NCBI GenBank assembly: GCA_964016885.1
Contig: OZ024753.1
Coordinates: forward strand, 22,506,001-22,570,000
From: Eledone cirrhosa
Lineage: Eukaryota
Direction: 5' to 3'
DNA: 64,000 bases
Shown: positions 12,140 through 24,840 of the stretch, piece by piece
How positions within the stretch are numbered: the stretch's first letter is position 1
Layout: each line of letters starts with the position of its first letter
Position numbers and translations under genes: made by a program
Notes under the pieces: model-generated
Database searches by the model: none
Seen by the model: the letters and a program-made list of their open reading frames with translations, nothing else
What the model was told of the DNA's origin: nothing

Positions 12140-15100
12140 ATGACCTCACTCAGAATAGGCAGCATAAATGCGCGTGGCTTGGGGTCGTCATGGAAGCAGG
12201 GTCACCTGCTCAACGACCTCAGGTCACTAAACATAGATGTAGTGGCCATCAGCGAGACCAGAATCTCCGAAGCACGGGCCTTCGCACCGATCTTCGGCGG
12301 CTACGATGTGTACGCATCTCCCAGCCGTCCTGGATCCGGTGGAGGAGTTGCTGTACTTTTTCGGAGAGGTTTGGATCTCGCCATACGGGCCATCTTCCTG
12401 GACCCAGAGGGTAAGCTGGTGGTGCTGGACGTGACCAGCGGAGACGGGCAAGCTTTCAGGCTAGTGGCCGTCTATGCCCCGACAGGAGCAGGGCGGCCTG
12501 ATTTCTTCCGGCGTCTGGAGACCTTTCTTGGAACATCCCGCTCTTTAGTGTTAGTGGGCGACTGGAACGGCATCTTAGATGCACGCTGGGACTGTGTGGG
12601 ATTAGCGGATAGGGGTGGAGGGTGCAAGAGCCTCACCAACCTGCTCAGGCGTTTTGAACTGTCTGACAGGTACCGATTGGATTTCCCGAATGTGCCAATG
12701 TGGACTTGGACAAACCGCATAGGGTCATCCAGATCATATCTAGATAGAGTATTTTGTAGGGAAATAGATAGGTCTAGCATAGGCTGTCCACAATTCAAGA
12801 TAGTCAGCTACACGGACCACAAATTCGTGATCTGTGTGCTTGACTTAGATAGGCTTCATAGACGAGGACCCGGCTACTGGAAGCTAAACGCGTCCTTACC
12901 AGCGCGCAAGGCCTACAGAGACCGGATTAGCGAACTAGTTAAGCGGGCGTTGACGGGGGCCATCGTCAACAACAAGTGGTGGTTTGCTCTGAAAAGAGCG
13001 ATTAGATTAGAATCGATTAGGTTTAGTAAGGCTTTAGCAATAGAGAAAAATAGAGCAGAGGGAGAACTAGTTAGAAAATTAGACGAGGCGCTTAGCAAAG
13101 GCATTGCGACCGACGTGCTTGCGGCGAAATTGGCCCTTGACCAATTCTTCAATGCAAAGCACGAAGGCTGCGTTGTCAGAGCAAGGGTGCGTGCTCTCAG
13201 ACACGAGGGGACGAAAGCCGTTCAATGGGCCCGAGTGGCGGAGGCGCGTCGTGGCAACAAAGCCACGATCCGGTCTTTGGTGGACCACGACGGGCGCATG
13301 CTACTCGATCCCGGGCAAATGTGTGAAGCTTTTCAGCGACACTTCGCTCAGCTGTTCGGGGGCAGCGGTGGGCCGGGTAGAGGGATGAACTTTAGTGTCT
13401 ACCTCGACGGACTGCCGCGGCTCTCGGCCACTGAGGCGAAGTGTTGCGAAAAGCCGATAACAGCCGCTGAAGTAAGGGAGGCAATGACTGGCTGCACAAG
13501 GGGTAAATCGCCTGGTTTGGATGGTCTGCCCTATGAACTTTACGTACAGATGCCAGACTTGTTCGGAGGCCTCTTGGCGGACGTCTACTGCAACTGGCAA
13601 CAGAACGGGAGAATTCCCAGTTCTGTGAGCCGAGGAGCGGTGGCACTGCTGAGAAAGGATCCGAACAAGGGGGATAACATAGACAATTTCCGGCCCATAA
13701 CTCTGCTAAACACAGAGTTCAAGATTTTGGCCAAGGTGCTAGCAAAGAGGTTGGCGCTTGTCGTTGGTGGTCTGGTGGGAGAGGCGCAGACATGCGCCAT
13801 TCCCGACAGATCCATCCACGACAACCTCCACCTCATGCGATACATCGTAGAGAGGGTAGCTACGGAACCTGGCAGGGGTGGGTCCTTGATCAATTTAGAT
13901 CAGTCGAAAGCTTTCGATAGGGTCGACCATCGTTACCTAGCGGCAGTCCTGAGGGCGGCTGGCTTTGGGCCCGTCTTCAGAGGCTGGATCGCTGCCATGC
14001 ACAGCGACATCTGCTCTGTGGTGAGAGTGAACGGTCACCTGTCGGAAACGTTCAACATCATGCGCTCGGTCCGCCAAGGATGTCCCCTCTCGTCCCTCTT
14101 GTACGTATTGACTCTCGAGCCATTACTGCACAAACTGGAGACGTTGAGGGGCGTCCCGCGCGAACTAGGATGCGGAAGATCCGTGTCAGCATATGCGGAC
14201 GATGTCACCGTAGTGGTGTCGAACGCCAAACACATCGAGGCGATCGGCACTACACTAAGAGAATACGAAGCGGTGACAGGAGCAATGATCAACCAGGAAA
14301 AGTCAGTGGGCCTGCAGCTCGGCACCTGGAGAGGCAGGTCCATGTCGTCCAACAGCGTCGTCGCACGCTGGACGGACGGACCGGTTAAATTGCTAGGGGT
14401 CTGGTTCGGTCCGGACCTCCAGACGGACAAAAACTGGGACGAGGTGACGAGCAGGGTGGCTTCTCTCACCCAGAAATGGGCCGAGAGAAAGCTATCCCTG
14501 AAAGGTCGAGCGGAGGTGGCTAACGCGTACATCGCGTCCGTCATCTGCTACCGCCTGACCGTCGTACCTTGTCCTAAGCCTCGCCTGACTGCGTTGGAGC
14601 GTTTGCTCTTTCGCTTTTTGTGGAAGGGACGCGCTCCGATGGTCAGGCGGTCCATCTGTTGTCAACATCCGCTACGTGGAGGGCTGGGCATGCCGTGGCT
14701 GATGATGCGCAGGCACGCGCTCAGGCTACGACATCTCCACCTCTTCCTCGACGGTGATCAGGTGTGGTCGCCGTTTGCTAGACGCGTGTTTCCCCAGCTC
14801 GTTTCCTTGACGGAGCTGCAGTCCTGGGTCAAGCGAAGACCGAGAGGGAGCGCCTGGAGACTGGAATGTCTTCAGGCGCTCACAGCCCTCGACCAATCGG
14901 GCAATGTGATCGGTGGAAACTCCACCTCGGCGTTCTATAGAGGATTAGTGGAGGGGAAGAGCGACGACGTACTTGGGGAAACTCTAGGCGTCGACGAAAA
15001 TCAACTAGCCAATCTCTTCGGAAGAACTTTCGGTCCAGGGCCTATGGACAACTTCCAGAAATCTCTGGCCTGGCAGTGCTACCGAGGAGCCTTGCCAGTT

Positions 15101-15558
15101 CGGGATAAACTCTACAGGCATGGAGGTGCCGTCAGCCGGGCATGTCCGAGATGCGCGCAGGGCGACGAAACCGTCCTGCACGCACTCGTCCAGTGTCCGA
15201 AAATTGCTGACTTGTGGGTTTATGTCGAACACCTGCTGTCGCGTTTAGGACGGATCCGGCTATCATCTGAGTCCATCGTGAGGATGCCCCGCCCTCCTCC
15301 TTTAGCCGGGAAGGGCAGGCAGTTTTTATCTGCCTGGTGGCCATGGCGAAAGAGATAGTATGGTGGACACGTTTGAAAGGGCTGAAGACGAGCACTTACC
15401 TCTTCGGTGATGCTCTGATTGACTTTTTCAAATTTCATTTGAAAAGGAAAATCAGAGTAGATAGGGAAGTGCTCTCTTCCCAGCATTTTGTTGAAAGATG
15501 GGTGAGAGAAGCAAGAATGGCCCGAGTGAATGGGCCTACTCTGAGTATATATCTGTAA
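12140..15558 (+). CDS. Tx1-type ORF2 (APE endonuclease, reverse transcriptase, CCHC finger) with one frameshift near 15290
   Basis: APE motifs INARGL, AISET, GDWN, YLDR and TDH. RT motifs FRPITLLN, KAFDRV, RQGCPLS and YADD. Finger CPRC..ETVLHALVQC. The C-terminus (EGQAVFICLVAMAKEIVWWTR) continues in another frame. Confidence 0.92.
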
Positions 15559-15817
15559 ATTAAAGGTGGAAAACTGGGAGAGGGCACTTGCCTTGGTGGT
15601 CAGGGTCATTGTGGCTTTTTACTGGGCTTTCTCCACAAATGTCCCTCCGAAGTCTCCCCCCTATTGGGGAATTTTTCATTGTTATTTTCATTGTTATTTT
15701 TGTTACATACTCTGTTTTTGTTTTTTACACGCAGAAATGCCCATTTGTACCGTCCTGCATTGTCCTGCACTGTCCTTAATGTCTACTTTATGTAAACCCT
15801 TGTGGTTAATAAAGAAA

Positions 15818-15819
<2 letters not shown>

Positions 15820-15868
<49 letters not shown>
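15820..15868. repeat. (ATT/TAA)n tract shared by the 3' ends of the Tx1 and Dong elements
   Basis: Directly visible. Confidence 0.95.
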
Positions 15869-15869
<1 letters not shown>

Positions 15870-18800
15870 AGTTGCATTTATCTTGCTTTATGTTCATACG
15901 AGTTATCACCAAGTCACAACCAGTGACCTGAAGAGACAACAAGGTCCGCCATGTTCAAGAAAGAACATACATATTCACACATGCATCTTTAGTGTTTAGA
16001 CTTGTGATGTACTTATATTGACAGAAACTTCCTTAGTATATGGGCAGTTCCCATTAGTACTATCTTTTGTATTTCTCCTATACGCGGGTTTCCTGGGATT
16101 TGCGATATGTAATCATTAGACCCCTTAGGTATCATTCCTAGAGCGCCTACAACCACTGGTATTGTTTTAGTTCTCAATTTCCACATTTTTCCAATTTCCA
16201 TCTCCAGGTCCTTATACTTGCTCAATTTTTCAAATGTTTTTATAGATACATTCTTGTCTATTGGAACAGACATATCAATTAGCAGGCATACCCTCTTTTG
16301 AAAGTCTTTCAATATTATATCAGGTCTGTTTGCATCTATTTTTCGGTCTGTTTGGATGCTAAAGTTCCACAAGATTGAGATGTGATCTTTTTCAAGTATG
16401 GGAGGTGGTTGATGCTCCCACCAATTCTTTTGATGGGGCAGGTCAAAATGCTTACACATTATCCAATGTATGTATTGTGCAGCTCTGTCATGCCTGTTTA
16501 GGTATTCGGTTGGAGCTATAGGACCGCACATTGAAATTATATGGTCAATGGTCTCTGGTTGTTTTTTGCATACACGGCATAATGGGCTGCACCAATTTTT
16601 TATTATGTTGGCTTGGTAATTTTTTGTTGGCAGACACTGATCTTGTGCCGATATAATCAGCCCTTCAGTCTCCGATTTCAGTCCAGAGGATGCCAACCAC
16701 TGATGGGTTAAAGTTTTGTCAACATCAGGATTGTTAGCTCGCTCTGGGTATTTTCCATACAGAGGCTTTTCTTGCCATTTCTTAGCCAGTTTCTGTAGCA
16801 GTTCTTTCTTTGCAGTTACTTTTACCTGCTTTGCTTTTTCTGTGTTTTCCATTTCAGCAGTAAATGGGACTTCTGAAATTTGTAGTCCATTACTGTATCT
16901 TTGTGCATCTTTTGTAATGGAATATGATCTTTTGATGCTTTCGTGTTTCAAAACGAGTTTGATCATCCAATCATGTGATTCCCTTAGATATGTAGATAAT
17001 CCAATTGTTGCAGTTTTCAACGCAATGTCTAACTGGATTAACTCACGTCCTCCTTCTTTCCTAGGGAGATATATTCTATCTATATCTGCTTTAGGGTGAT
17101 GCATTCTGTGCATGGTTAAGAATTTTCGGATTTTTGTATCGAGCCTACGGATCTCTGTGCTTGACCAGTTGATGACATTGTAACTGTAGGTTACTACTGG
17201 TATGGCAAGCGTGTTTATGGCATCGATCTTATTCCTTGCATTCAATTCCGTTCTTAAGATTGCTCTCACTCTGCGGTAACATTCCTTCCTTATCCTTTCC
17301 CTCATTGTCGAGTGCTTGATTCCGTCTCCTTCACAAACACCTAGATATTTGTAAGTTTTTTCTTGATCAAGTTCTCTTATCACGTTCCCCCGATCAAGAT
17401 TAATGTCTGAACTCTTCAGCAGCTTTCCTCTGGTGAACGTTGCTTTGGCGCATTTATCTAGTCCAAACTCCATTTTAATGTCATCACTGAACTGCTTCAC
17501 AGTGGATAATAGCCCTTGCAATTATTCATCATTTTTTGAAAATAGTTTCAGGTCATCCATGTAGAACAGGTGATTAATGGTTTTGTCATAGACTTTATAT
17601 CCATGTTTTGTTTCATTGAGCATTTTACTTAATGGTATAAGTGCGATGCAGAATAAAAGCGGTGATAAAGAGTCACCCTGAAAAATTCCACAATTAATAT
17701 TAACTTCTCCAGCTTCCAGTGATTTTGTTTCACTATTCAAAAGGAGTGTCGTTTTCCATGTCTTCATACTGAATGACAAGAACCTCCTGACAACGGGGGA
17801 TACTTTGAAAATCTCTAAACATTTTTCAATCCAACTGTGTGGCAAACTATCAAATGCTTTTTTATAATCTATCCAAGCAATCGATAGAGTTTTGTGTCTA
17901 TTATGACAATCTTCCAGTATCATTTTGTTAACCAGAAGCTGATCCTTACAGCCATATGAGCCTCGTTTACACCCTTTCTGCTCAATGGGAAATAGGTCAT
18001 TTGTTATCAGGTGGTCATATGTGTATTCAGTTAGGACTGATGTTAAAATTTTATACATTGTGGTCAAGCAAGTTATCAGTCTGTAATTTTTGGGATTGTT
18101 TGTCTCAACATTCTTCGGAAGCAGGAATGTAATGCCGTTAACTAGCCATGAAGGTATCTTTTCTGGCTCCTTAACTATTTCATTGTAAAGTTGGGCTAAC
18201 AGCTCATGAGACTCTGTGAAGGCATTTATCCAAAAGTTTTGTATTTTGTCTTTTCCTGGGGATTTCCATTTGCTGGTTTTTCTTAGAGCCAAGCGCAACT
18301 GTTCAACTGTTATATTTTCCCTTGTTTGTTCCTCAAGGTGAGCTGTATCTTTCATTTGTCTGTCTATCCATGGGGCATGTATGTTATGAACTTTTTCTTC
18401 GGCCCAGATCTTTTCCCAGAATTCTTGCACTTCCTCCTTGGGTGGTATTGATTTAGCAGTTATTGTTGACTTACCAATTTTTCTGTAGAAGTTTCTTTGG
18501 TTGTTTTTGAACATATTATTGTCCTTATAGAATCTAGATCGTTTTTCAAAGCGCCTTATACGAGCAGCTTTGGCCGACACTTTTTGCTTGATTATTTCTA
18601 TCAGCATGTCTATGTCACATGTTGATTTTATACTGTACTTTTTTTTCAATTTTCTAAGTTTAGTTTGTTTAACATGTTCACCTACTTTATAGTCTGTTAA
18701 CATTTCTATGTCAGATCGGAGAAGGTTTATTTGGCGATTGATGTTCTCTTGCCAAGTAGATTTCTTGTGGGAATTCCTTTGTTTTTTCATCTTCACTCCA

Positions 18801-19845
18801 CATAAGTGAGTGGTGACTTTAGCCGATGCATAATAGAGATGATTTAAATCAGTAATGTTTAGTTTGTTTGTGATGATAATGTTTTTGAGAATTATGTTAG
18901 TCTTGTGTATTATCTTTTGGTTCTGTTTGGAGTTCTGGATCTTAGGGAGGGTGTCTCGTTGCTCCATGTCAGATTCTTTCATTTTCATCCATTCGATCAT
19001 AATTTCATCCTTCAAGTTGGCAAGTTCATTCTCATTCATTTCTTTATCATTTACGATCTCATTATTTTCATTTGGAGTTTCATCCTGAGCATGCACTCCC
19101 TCCACTTTTTCGATCCTTTCTTTAATTTGTTCTGTTGCCAGTGATTCCGCCCCAACCCTGGGATTCGAAGTGTTACAGTTTACCTCGTTTTCACTGACAC
19201 ATGTTTCATTTTCCCTTCGCTGACTTTGTGCTAATAGCTTGATCTGATCAATTTCTATATCAGTTAGTAACTTTTTTCTTACAATATTTCTTCGTATATT
19301 GGCTAGTTTGTTACTGTCAATATAGCCTCTGTTTTCGGGATGTTTCTTTTTCCAGTTGATATATGTCTGTTCTGTATTCGATGTATTTGATGGGTAGTAC
19401 ATGGCAGTGTAGAAAGCCTCAAGGACTTCTTTTTTATCTTCCCTTGACCATTTTTCTCTCTTTTTCTTTGGATTTCTTGGTGGTGAGCATGGAGGGCCAA
19501 CAGTAGGAGTATTCCGGTTATGGGAGGTCTCCAGCTCCGAAGTGATGGGAAGGTTTGAACCATTAGCTGATTTTTCGACCCCAGTCTGGTTCCTCTCTGA
19601 GGGACGCGGCCCTTTTTTACCCGGGTGACGGCAGATCCGGTATGAGATTTTATCATTAGACATCTACTTTATTTTGTCGCGTTTTATCCTTATCCGCCAA
19701 GGGGTAATCATTTCGTGTTACCACTTCTAGAACGAGTGTCAACCAAGACTAGAGGGGTCGTTCTCCCCTAGAGACACGGCTATTCCCCGCCGGCCGCCAT
19801 CCCGGTATTTCTTGGTCACGGGGTTTTCTTTTTGTTGTTTTTTTA
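15869..19845 (-). mobile_element. Near full-length R4/Dong-clade RLE non-LTR retrotransposon
   Basis: A single long reading frame with RT and RLE domains. The 3' end runs into (TAA)n and the 5' flank is TAA-rich. TAA-repeat targeting is established for Dong elements. Confidence 0.88.
16013..19663 (-). pseudogene. R4/Dong RT-RLE polyprotein with one in-frame stop at 17522-17524
   Basis: RT motifs KAFDS, GIFQGDSLSP and YMDD. CCHC knuckle CRVC..ETIDHIISMC. RLE motif RPDI...IDMSVP...EKLSKY. The two ORFs are in the same frame, split by one TAA. Confidence 0.92.
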
Positions 19846-19904
19846 AATTGTTATTATCATGAGAGGTTCCTTAATGTGAGCATTGCGTGGCTTAAGAATG
19901 AAAT

Positions 19905-19960
19905 TATTAATAATTGTCTCCACTCCAGGCACAAGGCCAGCAATCACCCAGTGCATTACA
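19905..19960 (-). mobile_element. 3' tail fragment of the main SINE family
   Basis: The minus strand reads GTAATGCACTGGGTGATTGCTGGCCTTGTGCC...GAGACAATTATT, as at 46318-46367. Confidence 0.75.
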
Positions 19961-20804
19961 ATAATATAATATACTTTTTGTTGTGGTTGGCTGTTATTGT
20001 TGTTGGCTATGTCGGTGGTGGTGCCGGGGCTTTTTATATTGTTGGTGAGGAAGGGGTGAGCCAGCAGTCCCATAATTGTTGATGTGGCCAGGTCACTAAG
20101 TCAATCTATTTATATCTTTTGCTAGCCTCTCCCTTGTCTAGTGATACCGCCACCTTCCCCTTTCTCTCTCAAGTTAACAGGGGAATAGTGGTGGTAGCAT
20201 TGAAGGAGTGGTGGCGGCGGGGAGATGTGGGAGACAGTAGTGGCGGTATCGATACTGAGACAGTGGTGGTGGTGATGTCGATACCGAGGCAGTGGTGGTG
20301 GCGATGTGATCGTATTACTGTAGTGATGGTGTTGTAGCGGTGGCAGCAATGAAGGAGTGGTGGCGGCGGTGATGGGATAGTGGTGGTAATGATGGCAGTA
20401 GTGAGTGGTGGTGGTGAAATTGCCGTTATCTGGCTGTTGTGTTTAGTGTACACAGAGAGGTGATGGGGTAGGTGTTGTATCTAGTTTCTGGCGTTGGTGA
20501 GATTGGTGTTTGGCTGTTCTATATAGCGTAGACAGAGGAGGGGTGGGGGGTTCTTCTTCCATTTATAGCCATTTTCTTTTTTGAATATACAATGTACAAT
20601 ACAAAGTTGAATATTTGAATATTTGCGCCTTATAACAATATATTTTGGGTCCGAATTTTTTGGGGCTCAAGCCGGATGCTTTACGTAGCATTTGTACTAA
20701 GAGTTGTTATTTCACAAATGATTTAAATATGTTAAAAATTCAAAACTTACGGGAGCGATTTCATGACCTTCTACCACCTCGTGCGTCTTCTTCCCTTATT
20801 CTTA

Positions 20805-20836
<32 letters not shown>

Positions 20837-20847
20837 GTTATTGTTAT

Positions 20848-21630
20848 TCCTTGAATCTCAGTCATTGATGTTGGTTAACTGGAAAGTCCGTTGGATTGAA
20901 TATCAAGCCACTACCTGCAGCCTCAGATATTCAGGACGTATCGGAGGGTTCTTGCTGTTCCAAGCAAGCATGCCTTTTGAAGCGTTCCAAAAAGCGTGAA
21001 GGGGCCGATTTTCTTTAACCATCCCTGGAAACTTTTGGAGATAGTCCCCAGTGCGCCTATGACAATCGGGATCACTTTGACTTCATGGCAGTTCCAAATC
21101 CTTTTCACCTCCCACTTTAGGTCCTGGTATCGGTTAATTTTCTCCCTCTCCTTCTCTTGCACTCTCGTGTCGAACGGGCAGGCCACATCCACAATCAGGC
21201 ACGATCTTTTTTCTTTGTCCACAACCACCAGGTCAGGTCTATTGTGTTCCAGTTTTTTGTCCGTCTGTATCCTAAAATCCCACAGCACCTTCACCTGATT
21301 GTTCTCCATCACCGCCTCTGGCCTATGCTCATACCATTTCTCAGAATATGGTAGATTGTTTACTTTGCACAGGTGCCAGTGGATCACCCTGCCCATCACA
21401 TCGTGTCTCCAGCCCTTATAGTGGGTCTGGGCTAGGTGTTTACACTCGGACACAATGTGAGCCACAGTCTCCTCTCTCTCTCCACATATCCTGCACAGTG
21501 GGCTAGCCTCCTCCTTGTAGATATGGTGCTTCAACCACTTCGTTTTGAGGGCCTGCTCCTGCGCAGCCATTAGCATTCCTTCTGTAGCCTTTTTGAGGTC
21601 TCCTCTTCTCAAGCAGTTCCATGTCTGTGG
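20848..21630 (-). mobile_element. 5'-truncated R4/Dong-clade element (second family)
   Basis: ORF 20923-21612 has CRICGEREETVAHIVSEC, NRPDLV, VDVACP and PIVIGALG. It has an (AAT)n tail and a (TAA)n 5' flank. Confidence 0.88.
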
Positions 21631-21644
21631 ATCTCTAAATTATC

Positions 21645-21802
<158 letters not shown>

Positions 21803-22554
21803 TATATACAGTCACCTGTCATCCTGAAAAAAAGCCGATAATTTACCACTCGCAGCTGAATGCACTTGGTCACACATTGATGTAGAAAACTGCTCTATTT
21901 TCGAACCAACTATTTATCCATTTAGCAACACCATGTAATGAAGATATTAAGATAAACTAATCGATCTATTTTGTCGATCTCTTCCACAAGACTAGCAAAT
22001 TTCTCTGAAATTAATTACCATTAATTGAAAGCAAATCAATGTGAAAACACAGATTCTCTGTGTTCTCTTTAATTGATTATCTTAGTTTGAAATTTAGACA
22101 GCAATCTATCTTCAGGATGGTCTCTTTCATACTTTGAAGAAGAAAAAAATATTGAAACTATATAGGTTTCCAATATTATCTACGAGTTTCTAGTGAAATG
22201 AGTTTTTTTGAATAAATATCAGGTCCCAAAATTACAATATGCCAACAGGAATCAGAGAATGTAAACATGTTCTGCTTAAAAACGCAACGAATGTATTTTT
22301 GTTTTAGTCAAAAGTAATATTTACCTATGAATATTTGCGTATGATTTTCAAAACTGGTTTATTGTAAAGTCAACTATTTATATTTCAAGTATTATTTGTA
22401 TTTGATAGTTACAGTTCAGTGGTTGTATCCAGGGGCAAATTTAACCGAAATAATTGAAGCTCAACAAACAAATGAAACAATACTCACCACAGAGACGTTG
22501 AGTTGTACTTTAGAGAGCGTTGGTTTATCTCAGTTGATAGGGCCGCCTATAAAA

Positions 22555-22780
22555 TATAATGGCGGCCATTCTTATGGCTCTTTACATCCCCAGTTCAAAT
22601 CTCGCCAAGGTTAACTTTCCCTTTCAACCTTTCTAGGTCGATAAAATAAAAATACCTATCGACATTCCCTTTCCCATGAATAGTTTCCCTTGTGCAATAC
22701 TAGAATCATTGTTTTAGGGTCAGTTGATTGGCAGCATCGGTAGAGGGTCGGACAACAGGATTTGCAGCATAGAGCTACGG
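22555..22780 (+). mobile_element. Main-family SINE fragments
   Basis: GTTCAAATCTCGCCAAGGTTAACTTTCCCTTTCAACC..GGTCGATAAAATAAA, then a second head TGGCAGCATCGGTAGAGGGTCGGAC. Confidence 0.7.
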
Positions 22781-22786
22781 CCAAAT

Positions 22787-22828
<42 letters not shown>

Positions 22829-23376
22829 CATAGTAAAAAAGAAAAAACAGTGAAAATGCTAAAGGGATTTTCTCTCAGAATAACATCAAAACATTTATTT
22901 ACAAAATAGTTATTTCTGCATTATTTGTATCGGTTTCAGCTTGTAGGCTTCTTCATACGACGGAAGTCTATAATGCAATTAAATTAATAAGAACAACGAG
23001 AATACGTGTATATTAATAAGAACAATGAGAATACGTGAAAAAATGTTTTTGCACACATATATAGAGAGAAAAGTTCACATTTTGGTCTGTAGTTTTCTGT
23101 CTTTCTCTCTTAGTGTTGACCTCAGCTGTGTCTCCATTAATAGTGGAAGTAGCAGGGAAGAATCAGTTGGTTCTGTTTTAGGTGTTGACTTCCACTTTAG
23201 TGGTAGTGGTGGGGGGAGAAGGGGAAGTAGGAGGAGAAGAAGCAGTTGATCCAGTTTCGGTGTGGTGGGAGGTGCTGTGGTTCAACGGAGTAAGAGTTGA
23301 TCCAAATTAGGTGTGGTGGGAGGTGAATGAACAGACAACATGCACGCAAATCAAATTGTAATTGCGTCTAAAGGAC

Positions 23377-23698
23377 ACTCTCTCTCACAAACTCTCTGTC
23401 TAACAGGCTCTCTCTCTCACTCTCTCACTCTCTCTCCCACTCTTTGTCTCACACAAACACTCTTTCTCACACACACTCTTTCTCACACACTCTCTCACAC
23501 ACTCTCTCTCACACACACTCCCACATACATACACTCTTTCTCACACACTCTCTCTCACACACACTCTCTCTCTCACACTCTCTGTCTCTCACACTCTCTC
23601 TCACACTCACTCTCACACTCTCTCAGACTCTCTCTCACACTCTCTCACACACTCTGTCTCACATTTTCTCTCACAAACTCTATCTCTCACACTCTCTC

Positions 23699-23760
<62 letters not shown>
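23377..23760 (+). repeat. (CT)/(CA) compound low-complexity tract
   Basis: Directly visible. Confidence 0.9.
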
Positions 23761-23763
<3 letters not shown>

Positions 23764-24341
23764 CATTTTCTCATTCTCTCCCTCTCACCATCTCACGCTT
23801 CACGAACATTCCCAGAGAGACAGTCACGCATGGCCCTTGTCGTCTAATACACAACAACTTTCCCTCTTGCACATATAACCATACTTTCACCACATGTCCT
23901 TTTACCGCTCTTACTCCCCCCTTCTGGCCAAACACTCGGTTCACTCAACGAATCATTTCTCGCAGCAACTGTCCTGCTCATTCAAAATACTTTGCCCAGC
24001 TCCAACACCATAAATATTGTACTAATCCTTCCCCCTTTTAGTCTTTTTGTCCTCATCCTCCATCTCTTATCTTAAACGACAATTCATCGGAATTTCAATT
24101 TGCCTTTTCTCTGCCTCCGCAATGTTAAATTCGCCAACGTTTATATCTGTATTGGTCACTCAATGATAAACGTTGATTGCTAAATAAATTAACTATAGAG
24201 ATATAAAAGATACAGACGCGAAAATCAACCAAACAGTGAGTGTGTTCTGTTATTATTTCTGGCAATATTATTACAACAATATGACACATAAATCCAAAAG
24301 GACACATAAATCCATTAGAGATTGGTTGCTGAGATGGACTT

Positions 24342-24840
24342 AAGCAGATGTCTGGTGCCTCAGGCAGATGTCCGGGGCCTCAGGCAGATGTCTGATGCCT
24401 CAGGCAGATGTCTGAGGCTTGAGGCAGATGTCTGGGGCCTGAGGCAGATGTCTGGTGCCTGAGGCAGATGTCTGGAGCCCCAAGCAAATGTGTGGTGCCT
24501 CAGGCAGATGTCTGGTGCCTCAGGCAAAAGTGTGGTGCTACAGGCAGATGTCTGGTGCCCCAAGCAGATGTGTGGTGCCTGAGGCAGATGTCTGGGGCCT
24601 CAGGCAGATGTGTGGTGCTTCAGGCAGATGTCTGGGACCTCAGGCAGATGTGTGATGCCTCGGGCAGATGTCTGGTGCCTCAGGCAGATATGTGGTGCCC
24701 CAGACAGATGTCTGGGACCGCAGGCAGATGTGTGGTGCCTCAGGCAGATGTCTGGGACCTCAGACAGATGTGTGATGCCTCCGGCAGATGTCTGGGGCCT
24801 CAGGCAGATAACTGATGCCTCAGGCAGATGTCTGGTGGCT
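24342..24840 (+). repeat. 20-bp minisatellite, about 25 copies (CAGGCAGATGTCTGGTGCCT)
   Basis: Directly visible tandem units with point variants and no spacers. Confidence 0.95.

Larger units (their letters stand above)
9796..15819 (+). mobile_element. Near full-length Tx1/L1-clade non-LTR retrotransposon in an (ATT)n tract
   Basis: ORF1 has a zinc knuckle. ORF2 has APE, RT and CCHC domains. The 3' UTR has AATAAA, and (TTA/ATT)n lies on both sides. The 5' boundary is approximate. Confidence 0.9.

Noticed and set aside
12190-15232. Antisense and alternative-frame ORFs within Tx1 ORF2
   Set aside because: They are expected by-products of a GC-rich coding region and have no recognisable motifs.
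17522-17524. Programmed readthrough of the stop in the Dong ORF
   Set aside because: It is a TAA just after the catalytic YMDD inside the RT, so a point mutation is more likely.
19700-19830. Canonical HDV-like ribozyme at the Dong 5' end
   Set aside because: The P4 and J4/2 segments and the typical L3 loop are missing. It is reported instead as a different pseudoknot.
24342-24840. Regular 20-bp repeat as a CRISPR array
   Set aside because: There are no unique spacers and no cas genes, and the context is eukaryotic.
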